NCBI GenBank assembly: GCA_964573145.1
Contig: CAZNIM010000001.1
Coordinates: 1 to 52,762 of the forward strand
Direction of reading: 5' to 3'
From: an uncultured Candidatus Saccharibacteria bacterium
GTDB taxonomy: Bacteria; Patescibacteriota; Minisyncoccia; Minisyncoccales; PWPS01
Length of the DNA: 52,762 nucleotides
Shown: positions 9,817 through 18,981 of the stretch, piece by piece
Position numbering within the stretch: the stretch's first letter is position 1
How the letters are laid out: each line of letters starts with the position of its first letter
Translations under genes and position numbers: made by a program
The notes under the pieces: model-generated
The model's input: the letters and a program-made list of their open reading frames with translations, nothing else
What the model was told of the DNA's origin: nothing
The model's database searches: none

Positions 9817-9897
9817 AAAACTCCGTCAGGGGTTTTTCTTTTTATTTGTGGGCTGTGTGCGAGAAGCTGCGCTACCGAATTGCGACGACCCGAGCTC
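9817..9897 (+). repeat. 81-bp direct repeat, copy 1 (starts with a terminator-like hairpin after the tRNA)
   Basis: Identical base for base to 10001-10081 (offset 184). Its 5' end AAAAACTCC-GTCA-GGGGTTTTTCTTTTT forms a hairpin plus T-run. Confidence 0.9.
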
Positions 9898-9935
9898 AGT
9901 GCGAGGGGAGGACGGCAATGCCTTCGGGCAACTCA

Positions 9936-9955
9936 TTCGAGCCCGGTCCCGCAGC
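9936..9955 (+). other. tRNA-Gln 3'-end-like fragment (possible att-core remnant)
   Basis: TTCGAGCCCGGTCCCGCAGC compared with the tRNA 3' end TTCGAGTCCTGGTCCCGCAGC (9786-9806). The last 11 nt are identical, with one mismatch and one gap before them. No complete cloverleaf can be folded around it. Confidence 0.6.
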
Positions 9956-10000
9956 TCTTCAAAAACTCTTAAAGCATTGATTATTTTAGGTTGCCTGTTC

Positions 10001-10081
10001 AAAACTCCGTCAGGGGTTTTTCTTTTTATTTGTGGGCTGTGTGCGAGAAGCTGCGCTACCGAATTGCGACGACCCGAGCTC
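10001..10081 (+). repeat. 81-bp direct repeat, copy 2
   Basis: Identical to 9817-9897. Confidence 0.9.
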
Positions 10082-10091
10082 GCAAAACCAA

Positions 10092-10117
10092 GAAAAAAAG
10101 AGAGGGTTATCCTCTCT
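10092..10117 (-). terminator. rho-independent terminator of the 151-aa minus-strand gene
   Basis: Minus strand reads AGAGAGG-ATAAC-CCTCTCT followed by TTTTTTT. The stop codon lies in the loop. Confidence 0.7.
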
Positions 10118-10562
10118 TGTTGATTTTATCTTTAAAGGTCATAATGTCTTTTTCCACCGTTCGTGGACAAATTTTCAAATCTCTAAACCAATAAATTATC
10201 GGGATGTAGCTTCTTCGATTATCAAGCTTTAATCGTACTTTTATTTCCTTCGAGTCTATCTTCGGGAAAATAACGTCGAATTTTAATGGGTCGTTTTTGT
10301 AAAAAACTATTAGATGAAAGTCTTTTTCCGGATTTTCAGATCCGGGATTGAGTGATCCGATAGGAACAATAATTCTATCGACATCGATTATCTGGTAGAA
10401 ATTTTCCTTCAAAATTTTTTTTACTTTTTTTAAAGATCTATGCGATACCGGCATCTCCCTCTTTCTGATTAAAAGCCTTCCCAATTTATTCCTCCAAACG
10501 GTTTGAAGAAATATCTCTACTATACGATCTATAATTACCTCCTCAATTTCAGTTATCAGCAT
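10107..10562 (-). CDS. hypothetical protein (orphan, 151 aa)
   Basis: ORF with its own terminator. No family recognised. PIGSLNPGSENPEKDFHLIV only weakly recalls a nucleotidyltransferase GS...D.D motif. Confidence 0.55.
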   Translation of the reverse strand: MLITEIEEVIIDRIVEIFLQTVWRNKLGRLLIRKREMPVSHRSLKKVKKILKENFYQIIDVDRIIVPIGSLNPGSENPEKDFHLIVFYKNDPLKFDVIFPKIDSKEIKVRLKLDNRRSYIPIIYWFRDLKICPRTVEKDIMTFKDKINKRG

Positions 10563-10632
10563 AAAGACACCTCCTTTATATTTTTATTATAACACTTAAT
10601 CCTTTTTTGTAAATATTAAATTCTAATATATC

Positions 10633-10641
10633 TGCTATAAT
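10633..10641 (+). promoter_or_regulatory. extended -10 element TGCTATAAT
   Basis: Read directly. Ends 10 nt before the ATG at 10652, implying a very short leader. Confidence 0.45.
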
Positions 10642-10651
10642 TTAAAAAATT

Positions 10652-11854
10652 ATGAAAAATAAAAATAAAAAACCGGAATTGATGAGCCCGATAAAAACGA
10701 GAGCGGGCTTGAAGGCGGCGACTCCTTTTGCCGATGCAGTTTATTTCGGAGTTTCCGATCTGAATTTAAGAGCGGGATCCAAAGGGATCGGGACCGAAGA
10801 GTTAGTCGGCTTCGTAAAAGAGTGTCATAGAGAAGAGGTTAAAGCCTACCTGACGGTCAACTCGATTTTATACGACTCGGATTTGAATAATGCGGAGACT
10901 CTTATCCGAAAAGCGAAAGAAGCCGAAGTCGATGCGGTGATAGTGTGGGATCCGGCGGCTATCGAAATAGCTCGAGATGTCGGTGTTGATTTTTTTATCT
11001 CCACCCAAGCGAGTGTTTCCAACTCCAAAGCGGTTGACTTTTATGAGCGGAGCGGAGCAAAAAGAGTGATTTTAGCCAGAGAGCTCAGCTTAAGGCAGAT
11101 CAAAGAGATTAGAAAGAAGACCTCCTTGGAGTTGGAGATTTTTATTCATGGAGCGATGTGTCTTGCAATCTCCGGAAGATGTACTTTGTCCGGGTTTTTT
11201 GAAAACTCTTCGGCTAACAGAGGAGCTTGCAATCAGCTCTGTAGGAGAAGATGGAAAATTGCCGATTCGTCGGGAAACGAAATTGAAACCGATGGTAGAT
11301 ATTATCTCAGCCCGAAAGATATTTGCATGGTGGAGCATATTCCCGAATTAATCGAGGCGGGAGTCGACTCATTCAAGATAGAAGGCAGGCAAAGAAATCC
11401 GAGATACGTAAGAGTGGTTACCGAAATTTACAGAAAAGCGATTGATGATTATTTTTCGGGAAGTTTTTCAAAAGAAAAAGCCAAAAAGTGGAAGGATGAT
11501 TTAAGTGAAGTCTATAACAGAGAATTTTCAACCGGTTTTTATTTCGGAATCCCCGGTCCGGAGGGAATTTCTTTTGATTCATCGGGAAGTGCGGCAACCG
11601 TAAAAAGAGTATTGACCGGTAAGGTGGTTCATTATTACCCCGAACCCGAAGTTGCCGTTTTGAAATTGCAATCGGGATTGTCTCGGGGAGATCGTTTCGT
11701 TATCGAAGGGGAGACCACTTTTTTAGAGGGGCAAGTGGAGTCGATGGAAATTGAAGGAAAAAAGATTGAAAGGGCAAAAAAGGGAGAAGAGATCGGCCTT
11801 AAAGTTTCCGGGAGAGCCAGAGAAGGGGATAATTTTTTCATTCTTTTGGAATAG
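10652..11854 (+). CDS. peptidase U32 family protein (collagenase-like; family includes RNA/quinone hydroxylation factors)
   Basis: U32 signature EIFIHGAMCLAISGRCTLS. N-terminal ELMSP...AVYFG. FKIEGR motif. Confidence 0.85.
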   Translation: MKNKNKKPELMSPIKTRAGLKAATPFADAVYFGVSDLNLRAGSKGIGTEELVGFVKECHREEVKAYLTVNSILYDSDLNNAETLIRKAKEAEVDAVIVWDPAAIEIARDVGVDFFISTQASVSNSKAVDFYERSGAKRVILARELSLRQIKEIRKKTSLELEIFIHGAMCLAISGRCTLSGFFENSSANRGACNQLCRRRWKIADSSGNEIETDGRYYLSPKDICMVEHIPELIEAGVDSFKIEGRQRNPRYVRVVTEIYRKAIDDYFSGSFSKEKAKKWKDDLSEVYNREFSTGFYFGIPGPEGISFDSSGSAATVKRVLTGKVVHYYPEPEVAVLKLQSGLSRGDRFVIEGETTFLEGQVESMEIEGKKIERAKKGEEIGLKVSGRAREGDNFFILLE

Positions 11855-12115
11855 TTGTTATATTTTTCCATTTTGCTATAATCGAGTAATGGTGAATTTT
11901 TCAAGCAAAGACTCTTCTTGACTGCTATTTTTTAAGGTTCGCTTCGTTCATTTTTTATTCGTTCCGGGCAAGCAATTAATTGATTTTATTCGTAAGCCCT
12001 GAACAAAAAGGACCGAAAGAAATTAAATGGATTTTTTTCGAGAAGTTGTTTATAATTATCAAGAAGAGTATTTTTCAAAAAAGAAGGAGGGATAAATTTG
12101 TTACTCTGAAGATTT

Positions 12116-13051
12116 ATGGGTTTTGTAAAGAAGTTGTTGGATGAATTGAATCTGCGCAAGCAGTGCAAAAACTACGGGGTTCCGTTATGGAAATGCCCCC
12201 AGTTTTTGTTTGTTTTTATGGGGCTTATTATAATCGCCACGGTTCTTGTGACTTATTCTTTGGGGGAGGAGGTTTTTGGAGATCCGATTGTGGTGTTAGC
12301 TTTGATAACGGGCGAGGCGATACTGATATTTTTTATCGGTTATGCCGTTATCAGTGGATTTGAAAAATTAGCCGAGGCGAACCGAATGAAAACCGACTTT
12401 GTGGACTTGGTAACTCATCAGCTGCGATCGCCGCTTACTACTCTCAAGTGGGGTTTTGAAGATTTGGGGGACGAGATAGAACTGGATGAAGAGCAGCAGA
12501 AGTACTTTAAAAGCTTGAAAGGAAATATAGAGAAGATGGCCGAAATGGTTAACAATCTCCTTCTGGTTTCCAGAATGGAGCAGAAGGGACACGAATTCGA
12601 GATGGAGAAGTTTCCAATAAAAAAATTGACGGAAGAGGTGCTCGAAGATTATCTGGTTGACAGGAGTAAAAAGCTGAAGATAGAATCGGATTTAAAAACG
12701 GAGACGAAGATTAAAAGTGACCCTTCTCAGGTGGAGATAGTAATGGATAACTTCATATCGAACGCCATAAAGTATACCCAAAAGGGTAAAAAGGTTAATA
12801 TAAGACTTTACGAAGATAAAAAATTTGTCGTTTTCGAAGTTGAAGATCAGGGAATAGGAATTCCCAAAAAAGAACAGAATAAGGTCTTTGAACGATTCGA
12901 GAGGGCCAGTAATGTCGATTTGGTTGAGGAGACCGGATCGGGTCTGGGCCTCTTTTTATCAAAAGAAATAATAGAAAAATTAGGAGGGAAGATCGGCTTT
13001 GACAGTGTGGAAGGAAAGGGTTCCACTTTTTGGTTTAAGTTGCCGAAATAA
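12116..13051 (+). CDS. sensor histidine kinase (no cognate response regulator in the window)
   Basis: Two N-terminal TM segments. H-box THQLRSPLTTL, N-box NFISNAIKYT, G1 EDQGIGIP, G2 GSGLGLFLSKEII. Confidence 0.9.
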   Translation: MGFVKKLLDELNLRKQCKNYGVPLWKCPQFLFVFMGLIIIATVLVTYSLGEEVFGDPIVVLALITGEAILIFFIGYAVISGFEKLAEANRMKTDFVDLVTHQLRSPLTTLKWGFEDLGDEIELDEEQQKYFKSLKGNIEKMAEMVNNLLLVSRMEQKGHEFEMEKFPIKKLTEEVLEDYLVDRSKKLKIESDLKTETKIKSDPSQVEIVMDNFISNAIKYTQKGKKVNIRLYEDKKFVVFEVEDQGIGIPKKEQNKVFERFERASNVDLVEETGSGLGLFLSKEIIEKLGGKIGFDSVEGKGSTFWFKLPK

Positions 13052-13084
13052 TTATTAATAATTAAATAATAAGGAGGAGTAGTA

Positions 13085-14293
13085 ATGGATAATTTAAAAG
13101 TACTCATGTTCGGTTGGGAGCTCCCCCCCGAAAATAGTGGAGGGTTGGGGGTAGCTTGCTTGGGACTATCAAAAAAATTAAACGAAAGAGGGATTGATTT
13201 AACTTTTGTCGTCCCCCGAAAGAAGGATTCGATGAAAAGAGATTTTTTCAGACTTCTTTCGGCTGACGTTAAATATAAAGAGATTGAATTCGAATCACCG
13301 ATAACTCCTTATATTACTTGTGAAACCTATAAGAGTGTTTTAAAAGAGGAGAATAATATTTACGGAAAGAATCTTTTTGAGGAGGTTGATAGGTATGAAC
13401 AATGCGCAAAAAAGATCGCCCTTTTTGAGAAATTTGATGTTATTCATGCTCATGATTGGCTTTCTTTCGGGGCGGGAATAGCGGCAAAAAGAATCTCCGG
13501 GAAGCCATTTGTCGCTCATGTTCACGCTACCGAATTTGATCGCGGAGGAGGGGGAAATGTCGATCAGCGGGTTTATCGTCGGGAAAAACGAGGAATGGAA
13601 GAGGCGGATAAGGTTGTTGCCGTCAGTAACTACACCAAGAGAATTATAGTTGAAAAATACGGAATACCGGAAGAAAAAGTGGAGGTAGCTCACAACGGAG
13701 TAGATTTGGAAGAAAAGGTTCCGGGCAGGAGTCTTTTGGATTGTTTTAAAGAAGCCGGTTACAAAATAGTTCTTTTTGTCGGCAGGCTGACTCTGCAAAA
13801 AGGCCCCGATTATTTTTTGGAAGCGGCAAGACAAGTTTGTGAGCACGATGATAATGTGGTTTTCGTAGTTGCCGGTTCCGGTGATATGGAAAGACAGATG
13901 ATTCATCAGGTGGGCCAATTGGGAATTTCGGACCGAGTGATATTTCCGGGTTTTGTCAGGGGAGATGAGCTTCACGGACTATACAAGGCCGCCGATCTTT
14001 TCGTTATGCCCTCGGTTTCCGAACCCTTCGGATTAACTCCGCTCGAATCGATGATAAACGGAACTCCGGTCATGGTTTCCAATCAGTCGGGAGTTTCCGA
14101 AGTTATTCGACACGCCTTAAAAGTTGATTTTTGGGACACCAGAGAGATGGCTAATAAGATCTTAACCACTCTGAATCATCAGTGCCTGGGAGATTGCTTG
14201 GCTCAAGAGGGGAAAAAAGAAGTCAGCTCGATAACTTGGGACTCGGCAACCGATAAATGTATCGAAATTTATAAGTCGCTAATCAAAAAGTAA
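13085..14293 (+). CDS. GT-B glycosyltransferase, glycogen/alpha-glucan synthase-like (GT4/GT5)
   Basis: N-terminal KVLMFGWELPPENSGGLGVAC and C-terminal SEPFGLTPLESM (E-x7-E) motifs. Sits in the glycogen gene context. Confidence 0.75.
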   Translation: MDNLKVLMFGWELPPENSGGLGVACLGLSKKLNERGIDLTFVVPRKKDSMKRDFFRLLSADVKYKEIEFESPITPYITCETYKSVLKEENNIYGKNLFEEVDRYEQCAKKIALFEKFDVIHAHDWLSFGAGIAAKRISGKPFVAHVHATEFDRGGGGNVDQRVYRREKRGMEEADKVVAVSNYTKRIIVEKYGIPEEKVEVAHNGVDLEEKVPGRSLLDCFKEAGYKIVLFVGRLTLQKGPDYFLEAARQVCEHDDNVVFVVAGSGDMERQMIHQVGQLGISDRVIFPGFVRGDELHGLYKAADLFVMPSVSEPFGLTPLESMINGTPVMVSNQSGVSEVIRHALKVDFWDTREMANKILTTLNHQCLGDCLAQEGKKEVSSITWDSATDKCIEIYKSLIKK

Positions 14294-14295
14294 AG

Positions 14296-15516
14296 ATGCC
14301 ATCAGTCTGTTTCTATTTTCAAGTACATCAACCGTTCAGAGTAAAGAGATACAAATATTTCGATATCGGCCACGATCATGAGTATTTTAACGAATCCGGA
14401 GAGAATGACCTGAACAATGAAAGAATAATGAAGAAGGTGGCTCGTAAATCCTATCTTCCGACCAACAGAGTATTGCTTGAGCTTCTGGAAAAACACCCCG
14501 AATTCAAGGCGACCTTCTCTTTTTCCGGAGTCGCTTTGGAGCAGATGGAGCTTTACTCTCCGGAGACTTTGGAATCCTTCAAGAGACTGGTCGATACCGG
14601 ACGAGTTGAAGTTTTAGCCGAAACTTATTATCACTCTTTATCTTTTTTATATTCAAAAGAAGAATTTCGGAAACAGGTAAAAAAACACGAAAAAAAAGTT
14701 GAAGAGCATTTTGGATGTAAGCCGACGGTTTTTAGATGCACCGAGCTTTCTTACAATAATGATTTAGCCGCCGAGGTGGCCGATATGGGGTATCGAGGAG
14801 TGTTAGCCGAGGGTGTGGATCGGATTTTGGGATGGAGAAGCCCCAACTTCTTATACAAGCCGAAAGGGGCGGATATAAATCTGTTTTTAAAGAATTATCG
14901 ACTTTCCGACGATATAGCTTTTAGATTTTCAAGTAAAAAATGGAAGGAGTATCCGTTAACCGCTCCGAAATTTGCAAGATGGGTTTCGGAGATAAACGGA
15001 AATGGAGAAGTAGTTAATCTCTTCATGGATTATGAGACCTTCGGAGAGCATCAATGGGAATCGACCGGAATATTCGAATTTCTCAAAAAGTTACCGGAAG
15101 AAGTTTTAAAACATCCCGATAATGACTTTTTAACCTTGAGTGAAGCTGCCGACAGATATAGAAGATTCGGAGAGTTGGATATTCCTTATTTTACTTCTTG
15201 GGCCGACACGGAGAGAGATCTCTCGGCCTGGATAGGAAATGCGATGCAGAGAGATATTCTAAACAAGGTTTACAGCTTGGAAGAAGAGGTTCTAAAGACC
15301 GGAGACGAAAGGCTGATAGAAGATTGGCGGCGACTGCAAACTTCGGATCATTTTTATTACGTATCAACTAAAGGGCTCAGTGACGGATCGGTTCACAATT
15401 ACTTTAGCCCTTATGAATCTCCTTATGAAGCATTCATATCTTATGCGAACGCCTTAAGCGATTTCAAATTGCAAGTTAAAAAGAAGAAAAATGAAAAAAG
15501 AGAAGCCAAAGTCTGA
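14296..15516 (+). CDS. glycoside hydrolase family 57 protein (alpha-amylase / glucan-processing)
   Basis: N-terminal FYFQVHQPFR (GH57 region I HQP), followed by the ETYYH, DYETFGEH and WIGN regions. Confidence 0.75.
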   Translation: MPSVCFYFQVHQPFRVKRYKYFDIGHDHEYFNESGENDLNNERIMKKVARKSYLPTNRVLLELLEKHPEFKATFSFSGVALEQMELYSPETLESFKRLVDTGRVEVLAETYYHSLSFLYSKEEFRKQVKKHEKKVEEHFGCKPTVFRCTELSYNNDLAAEVADMGYRGVLAEGVDRILGWRSPNFLYKPKGADINLFLKNYRLSDDIAFRFSSKKWKEYPLTAPKFARWVSEINGNGEVVNLFMDYETFGEHQWESTGIFEFLKKLPEEVLKHPDNDFLTLSEAADRYRRFGELDIPYFTSWADTERDLSAWIGNAMQRDILNKVYSLEEEVLKTGDERLIEDWRRLQTSDHFYYVSTKGLSDGSVHNYFSPYESPYEAFISYANALSDFKLQVKKKKNEKREAKV

Positions 15517-17281
15517 CTATCTTTTTGAAGTCTCTTATGAGATTTGCAATAAGGTGGGAGGGATATATCGAGTTTTGGAGTCGAAATCCGCTAACATGGT
15601 TGAAAAATACGGTGAAGGGTATTATCTGGTGGGTCCTTATTACATGGATAAATGCAAAGGAGAGTTTAAAGAAGAATCTCCGAAAAAAGAGCTTAAAAAA
15701 GTTTTTGACAAATTGGCCAAAGAAGGGATTAAGTGTCATTACGGAAGATGGATGGTAAAAGGTAAGCCGAAGACGATTCTGGTTGATTTTCAAGATTATT
15801 TTTCCGAAACGAATATAATAAAGAAAGAATTGTGGGAAGGGTACGGGATAGACTCATTAAGCGCCGGGCATACTTTCGATGAGCCGATTGTTTGGTCTTG
15901 GGCAACCGGAAGATTGGTTAGCGAAATGAGGAAGGCTCTTTTGAAAAAAGATGAAAAAGCGGTAGCTCATTTTCATGAATGGCTTTCGGGAGCGGGACTT
16001 CTTTACCTTGATAAAAACAATGAAGAAATAGGCACCGTTTTTACTACTCACGCAACCAGTCTCGGGAGATCTTTAGCTTACAACGGAGTTAATTTTTATA
16101 CCGGCTTCGATAAGATAAATCCGACCGATAAAGCGTACGAAAATAATGTTCACTCCAAGCATCAAATGGAGAAAAAAGCAACCGAGAAAGCGGATGTTTT
16201 TACGACCGTCAGCGAAATTACGGGAATGGAGACCAAAAACTTCTTGGGAAGAGATCCGGATATTGTTTTACCCAACGGGCTAAATCTGGATAAATTTTTA
16301 ACTTTTGAAGAGATAGTTATTAAACACAGACTGCAAAGAAAAAGATTGCGAGAGTTCGTAATTTCATTCTTCTTTCCTTACTATAAGTTTAATATAGATA
16401 AAACTTTATTCTATTTTATTATCGGCAGAAATGAATATAAGGCTAAAGGAGTGGATGTTTTTATTAAGGGACTGTCCGAGCTGAACAGAAAGATGAAAGA
16501 GGAGGGTAGCGAAAAAACGATTATCGCTTTTTTCTGGATTCCGACCGGGGTCAGATCGGTAAAAAGAGAGTTGATAGAAAATCGGGAATATTTTCAAGAC
16601 ATCAAAGAGTCTTTAAGCGGAGCGATGCCGGAAGTGGAAGAGAATATTCTTTACAATCTCTTTTATGATGAAGAGATGAGTACTGAAAAGATAATAAGTG
16701 AAAACTATCTTTTTGAGCTGGAAAAAAAATTACTTCGTTTAAATCGAGCGGAAGAAACTCCACCGATTGCGACTCACGACTTGGCCGATGATAATGATAG
16801 AATATTAAATTCTTTAAAAAATCATCAACTTTTAAATAAGAAAGAAGATAAAGTAAAAGTGGTTTATTATCCGATCTATTTAACCGGTCATGACGGATTA
16901 TCCAATCTTAATTATCAAGAAGCTTTGGAAGCCTGTCACCTGGGTGTTTTTCCCAGTTTTTATGAGCCTTGGGGATATACTCCTTTGGAGGCGGCCGCTT
17001 TGGGAGTCGCTTCGGTAACGACCGATTTGGCCGGATTCGGAAGGTATCGACAAACGTTGACTGAAAAAGAAGGGAAGGAAGGAGTTTACGTATTGGAAAG
17101 ATACGAAAAAAGCGATAAGAAGATCGTTGCCGACTTGGCTGATTACATGTATCGGTTTTCGTTATTCGGTCGTAAGGAAAGAGTTGACAACAAGATAGAA
17201 GCCAGAAAGATAGCTTCCAAGGCGGACTGGTCGGATTTTGTGGAGAATTATATTCAAGCTCATAACAGATCTTTAGAATGA
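15491..17281 (+). CDS. glycogen synthase, eukaryote-type (GT3 family)
   Basis: LFEVSYEICNKVGGIYRVL and FPSFYEPWGYTPLEAAALGVASVTTDLAGFG closely mirror the conserved GYS/GT3 blocks. Confidence 0.85.
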   Translation: MKKEKPKSDYLFEVSYEICNKVGGIYRVLESKSANMVEKYGEGYYLVGPYYMDKCKGEFKEESPKKELKKVFDKLAKEGIKCHYGRWMVKGKPKTILVDFQDYFSETNIIKKELWEGYGIDSLSAGHTFDEPIVWSWATGRLVSEMRKALLKKDEKAVAHFHEWLSGAGLLYLDKNNEEIGTVFTTHATSLGRSLAYNGVNFYTGFDKINPTDKAYENNVHSKHQMEKKATEKADVFTTVSEITGMETKNFLGRDPDIVLPNGLNLDKFLTFEEIVIKHRLQRKRLREFVISFFFPYYKFNIDKTLFYFIIGRNEYKAKGVDVFIKGLSELNRKMKEEGSEKTIIAFFWIPTGVRSVKRELIENREYFQDIKESLSGAMPEVEENILYNLFYDEEMSTEKIISENYLFELEKKLLRLNRAEETPPIATHDLADDNDRILNSLKNHQLLNKKEDKVKVVYYPIYLTGHDGLSNLNYQEALEACHLGVFPSFYEPWGYTPLEAAALGVASVTTDLAGFGRYRQTLTEKEGKEGVYVLERYEKSDKKIVADLADYMYRFSLFGRKERVDNKIEARKIASKADWSDFVENYIQAHNRSLE

Positions 17282-18981
17282 AGATTAAGCATATTTTAGG
17301 AGAAGAGGTTTGGGAGAAAGAGGTTGAAGGGGAGAGAACATTTCTCCTGGGGAACGATATTGGAGATTATATTTGGATGGCCGACGAGGCGGAAAGCAGA
17401 TATCAAGGCTGGTTTTTTTCACCCGAAAAAGAGAAAGGAAAAAAACTTTATAAAGTGATCGAGGATATCGGTCCGGTAGACAGAAAAGAGGTAGAGATTA
17501 TAGGCAATCATTTTAAAGGGGTGGAGCGTAAAAGGGGAGACTTGATAGAGAAGTTTTTTATAGCTGAAAACAGCCACGCTCTTTTATATGAATTAAGCTC
17601 CACTGAAACCGTAGAGCTCGTTTTGGATATTAGAGAGTCTTATAGCGATTCTTATCCCGATTATCACATTGAAGAAGTGGAGGAGGGGCTTCTCATTTCC
17701 AGCAACAAGGAAGGGGAGGAGTTGTTTTTGGCAATAAAGGGGTTCGAGAGCTTTGAAAAAATTGAAAAAGGAATAGTCAGAACTTATCAGTTCGATAAAG
17801 AAAGAAGCTCTCCTCCTTTTGAAAAAGCGGTTTTTTCAGCCTTGGAAATGACCGGAAGAAGCTTTCTCTTTTTTGCGTCCGAGAGTAGGGAAGAGGCTTT
17901 ATCCGAAATTAAAAAAGAACATAAATTTAATTTTTTAGAAGAAAAAAAGGAACCGATTGATTTTGTTTCTGCCGAAACCGGGCTCGATAATCTGCTTGTT
18001 GACGGGCAGAGAGTTTATGCCGGATTTCCTTGGTTTTTCCAATTTTGGGAACGGGACGAAGCGATAGTATTACGAGGATTGAATGTGATTGATGAGAAAA
18101 GGGCCAGGTCTCTATTTTGGTCTCTTTTACGAGGTAATAGAACCGGACCGAAGGAAAATCATTTGGCTGACAGCGCCGGATGGATCTTTAAAAGAGCTTT
18201 TCTTTTCATAAATAGCTTTAATCAACAGGAGGAGAGAGAGTTGGTTGATTCTCTACGGCAAGAAGTTGATTTTAATCCGGATGAAATTTTAAAAGTAACC
18301 GGACCGAAAGAGACCTGGATGGATTCATTGCCCAGACAAGGGGCGAGAATAGAGATTCAATCTTTACAGCTCAGTATGTATAAATTGGGAAGATTAATTG
18401 ATGAAGAAAACGAAGAAAAATATACCGAATTGGAAGAGAAGCTGAAAAGAAGAGTCAGAAATATTTTTTGGGACGGATCTATTTTGGCTGACGGATATTT
18501 TCCGGAAACCGATTATTTAGACCGAACGATAAGACCGAATATATTTTTAGCCTATTATATATATCCTGAATTACTCAGCGATGAGGAGTGGAAGATATGC
18601 TTTAGAAGGTCGCTGCATGAGTTGTGGCTCGATTGGGGAGGGTTGGCGAGCATCAGTAGAGAAAATCCCAGGTTCAACTTAAAGCATACCGGTGAGAATC
18701 CACAAAGCTATCACCAGGGCGATAGCTGGTTCTTTGTAAATAATTTAGCGGCTATAGCGATGCATCGACTGGACGAAGGCAAATTCTCTTATGAAATTAA
18801 TAAGATTTTGGAAGCCAGTAGAACCGATATGATGTGGAACGGGGCCGTCGGCCACCACAGTGAGGTCAGTTCGGCGGAAGAGTTGAGAGCGGAGGGAGCG
18901 ATAAGTCAAGCGTGGAGCTTTTCGACTTATCTCGAGGCTCTTCATGAAATTTTTAAAGTTAAAAATTTCAATTGGAATTAA
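17278..18981 (+). CDS. amylo-alpha-1,6-glucosidase / glycogen debranching enzyme (GDE_C type)
   Basis: GFPWFFQFWERDEAI, ETWMDS, QGDSWFF and ISQAWS motifs. ATGA overlap with the GT3 gene. Confidence 0.8.
   Translation: MKIKHILGEEVWEKEVEGERTFLLGNDIGDYIWMADEAESRYQGWFFSPEKEKGKKLYKVIEDIGPVDRKEVEIIGNHFKGVERKRGDLIEKFFIAENSHALLYELSSTETVELVLDIRESYSDSYPDYHIEEVEEGLLISSNKEGEELFLAIKGFESFEKIEKGIVRTYQFDKERSSPPFEKAVFSALEMTGRSFLFFASESREEALSEIKKEHKFNFLEEKKEPIDFVSAETGLDNLLVDGQRVYAGFPWFFQFWERDEAIVLRGLNVIDEKRARSLFWSLLRGNRTGPKENHLADSAGWIFKRAFLFINSFNQQEERELVDSLRQEVDFNPDEILKVTGPKETWMDSLPRQGARIEIQSLQLSMYKLGRLIDEENEEKYTELEEKLKRRVRNIFWDGSILADGYFPETDYLDRTIRPNIFLAYYIYPELLSDEEWKICFRRSLHELWLDWGGLASISRENPRFNLKHTGENPQSYHQGDSWFFVNNLAAIAMHRLDEGKFSYEINKILEASRTDMMWNGAVGHHSEVSSAEELRAEGAISQAWSFSTYLEALHEIFKVKNFNWN

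Noticed and set aside
9734-10232. Three plus-strand ORFs (9734-10123, 9991-10194, 10032-10232) from the ORF track
   Set aside because: They run through the tRNA-Gln gene and the 81-bp repeats, which is why two of them share peptide segments. They have no SD and encode low-complexity sequence. Treated as non-coding.
13340-13975. Long antisense or alternative-frame ORFs inside well-supported genes (also 5624-6103, 6569-6952, 24299-24682, 31950-32405, 37280-37669, 49110-49538)
   Set aside because: All lie fully inside genes with strong family motifs on the other strand or frame. Purine-rich GAA/AAA/GAG codon usage leaves the antisense frame free of stops. Their translations are low-complexity (S/F/L/K-rich).
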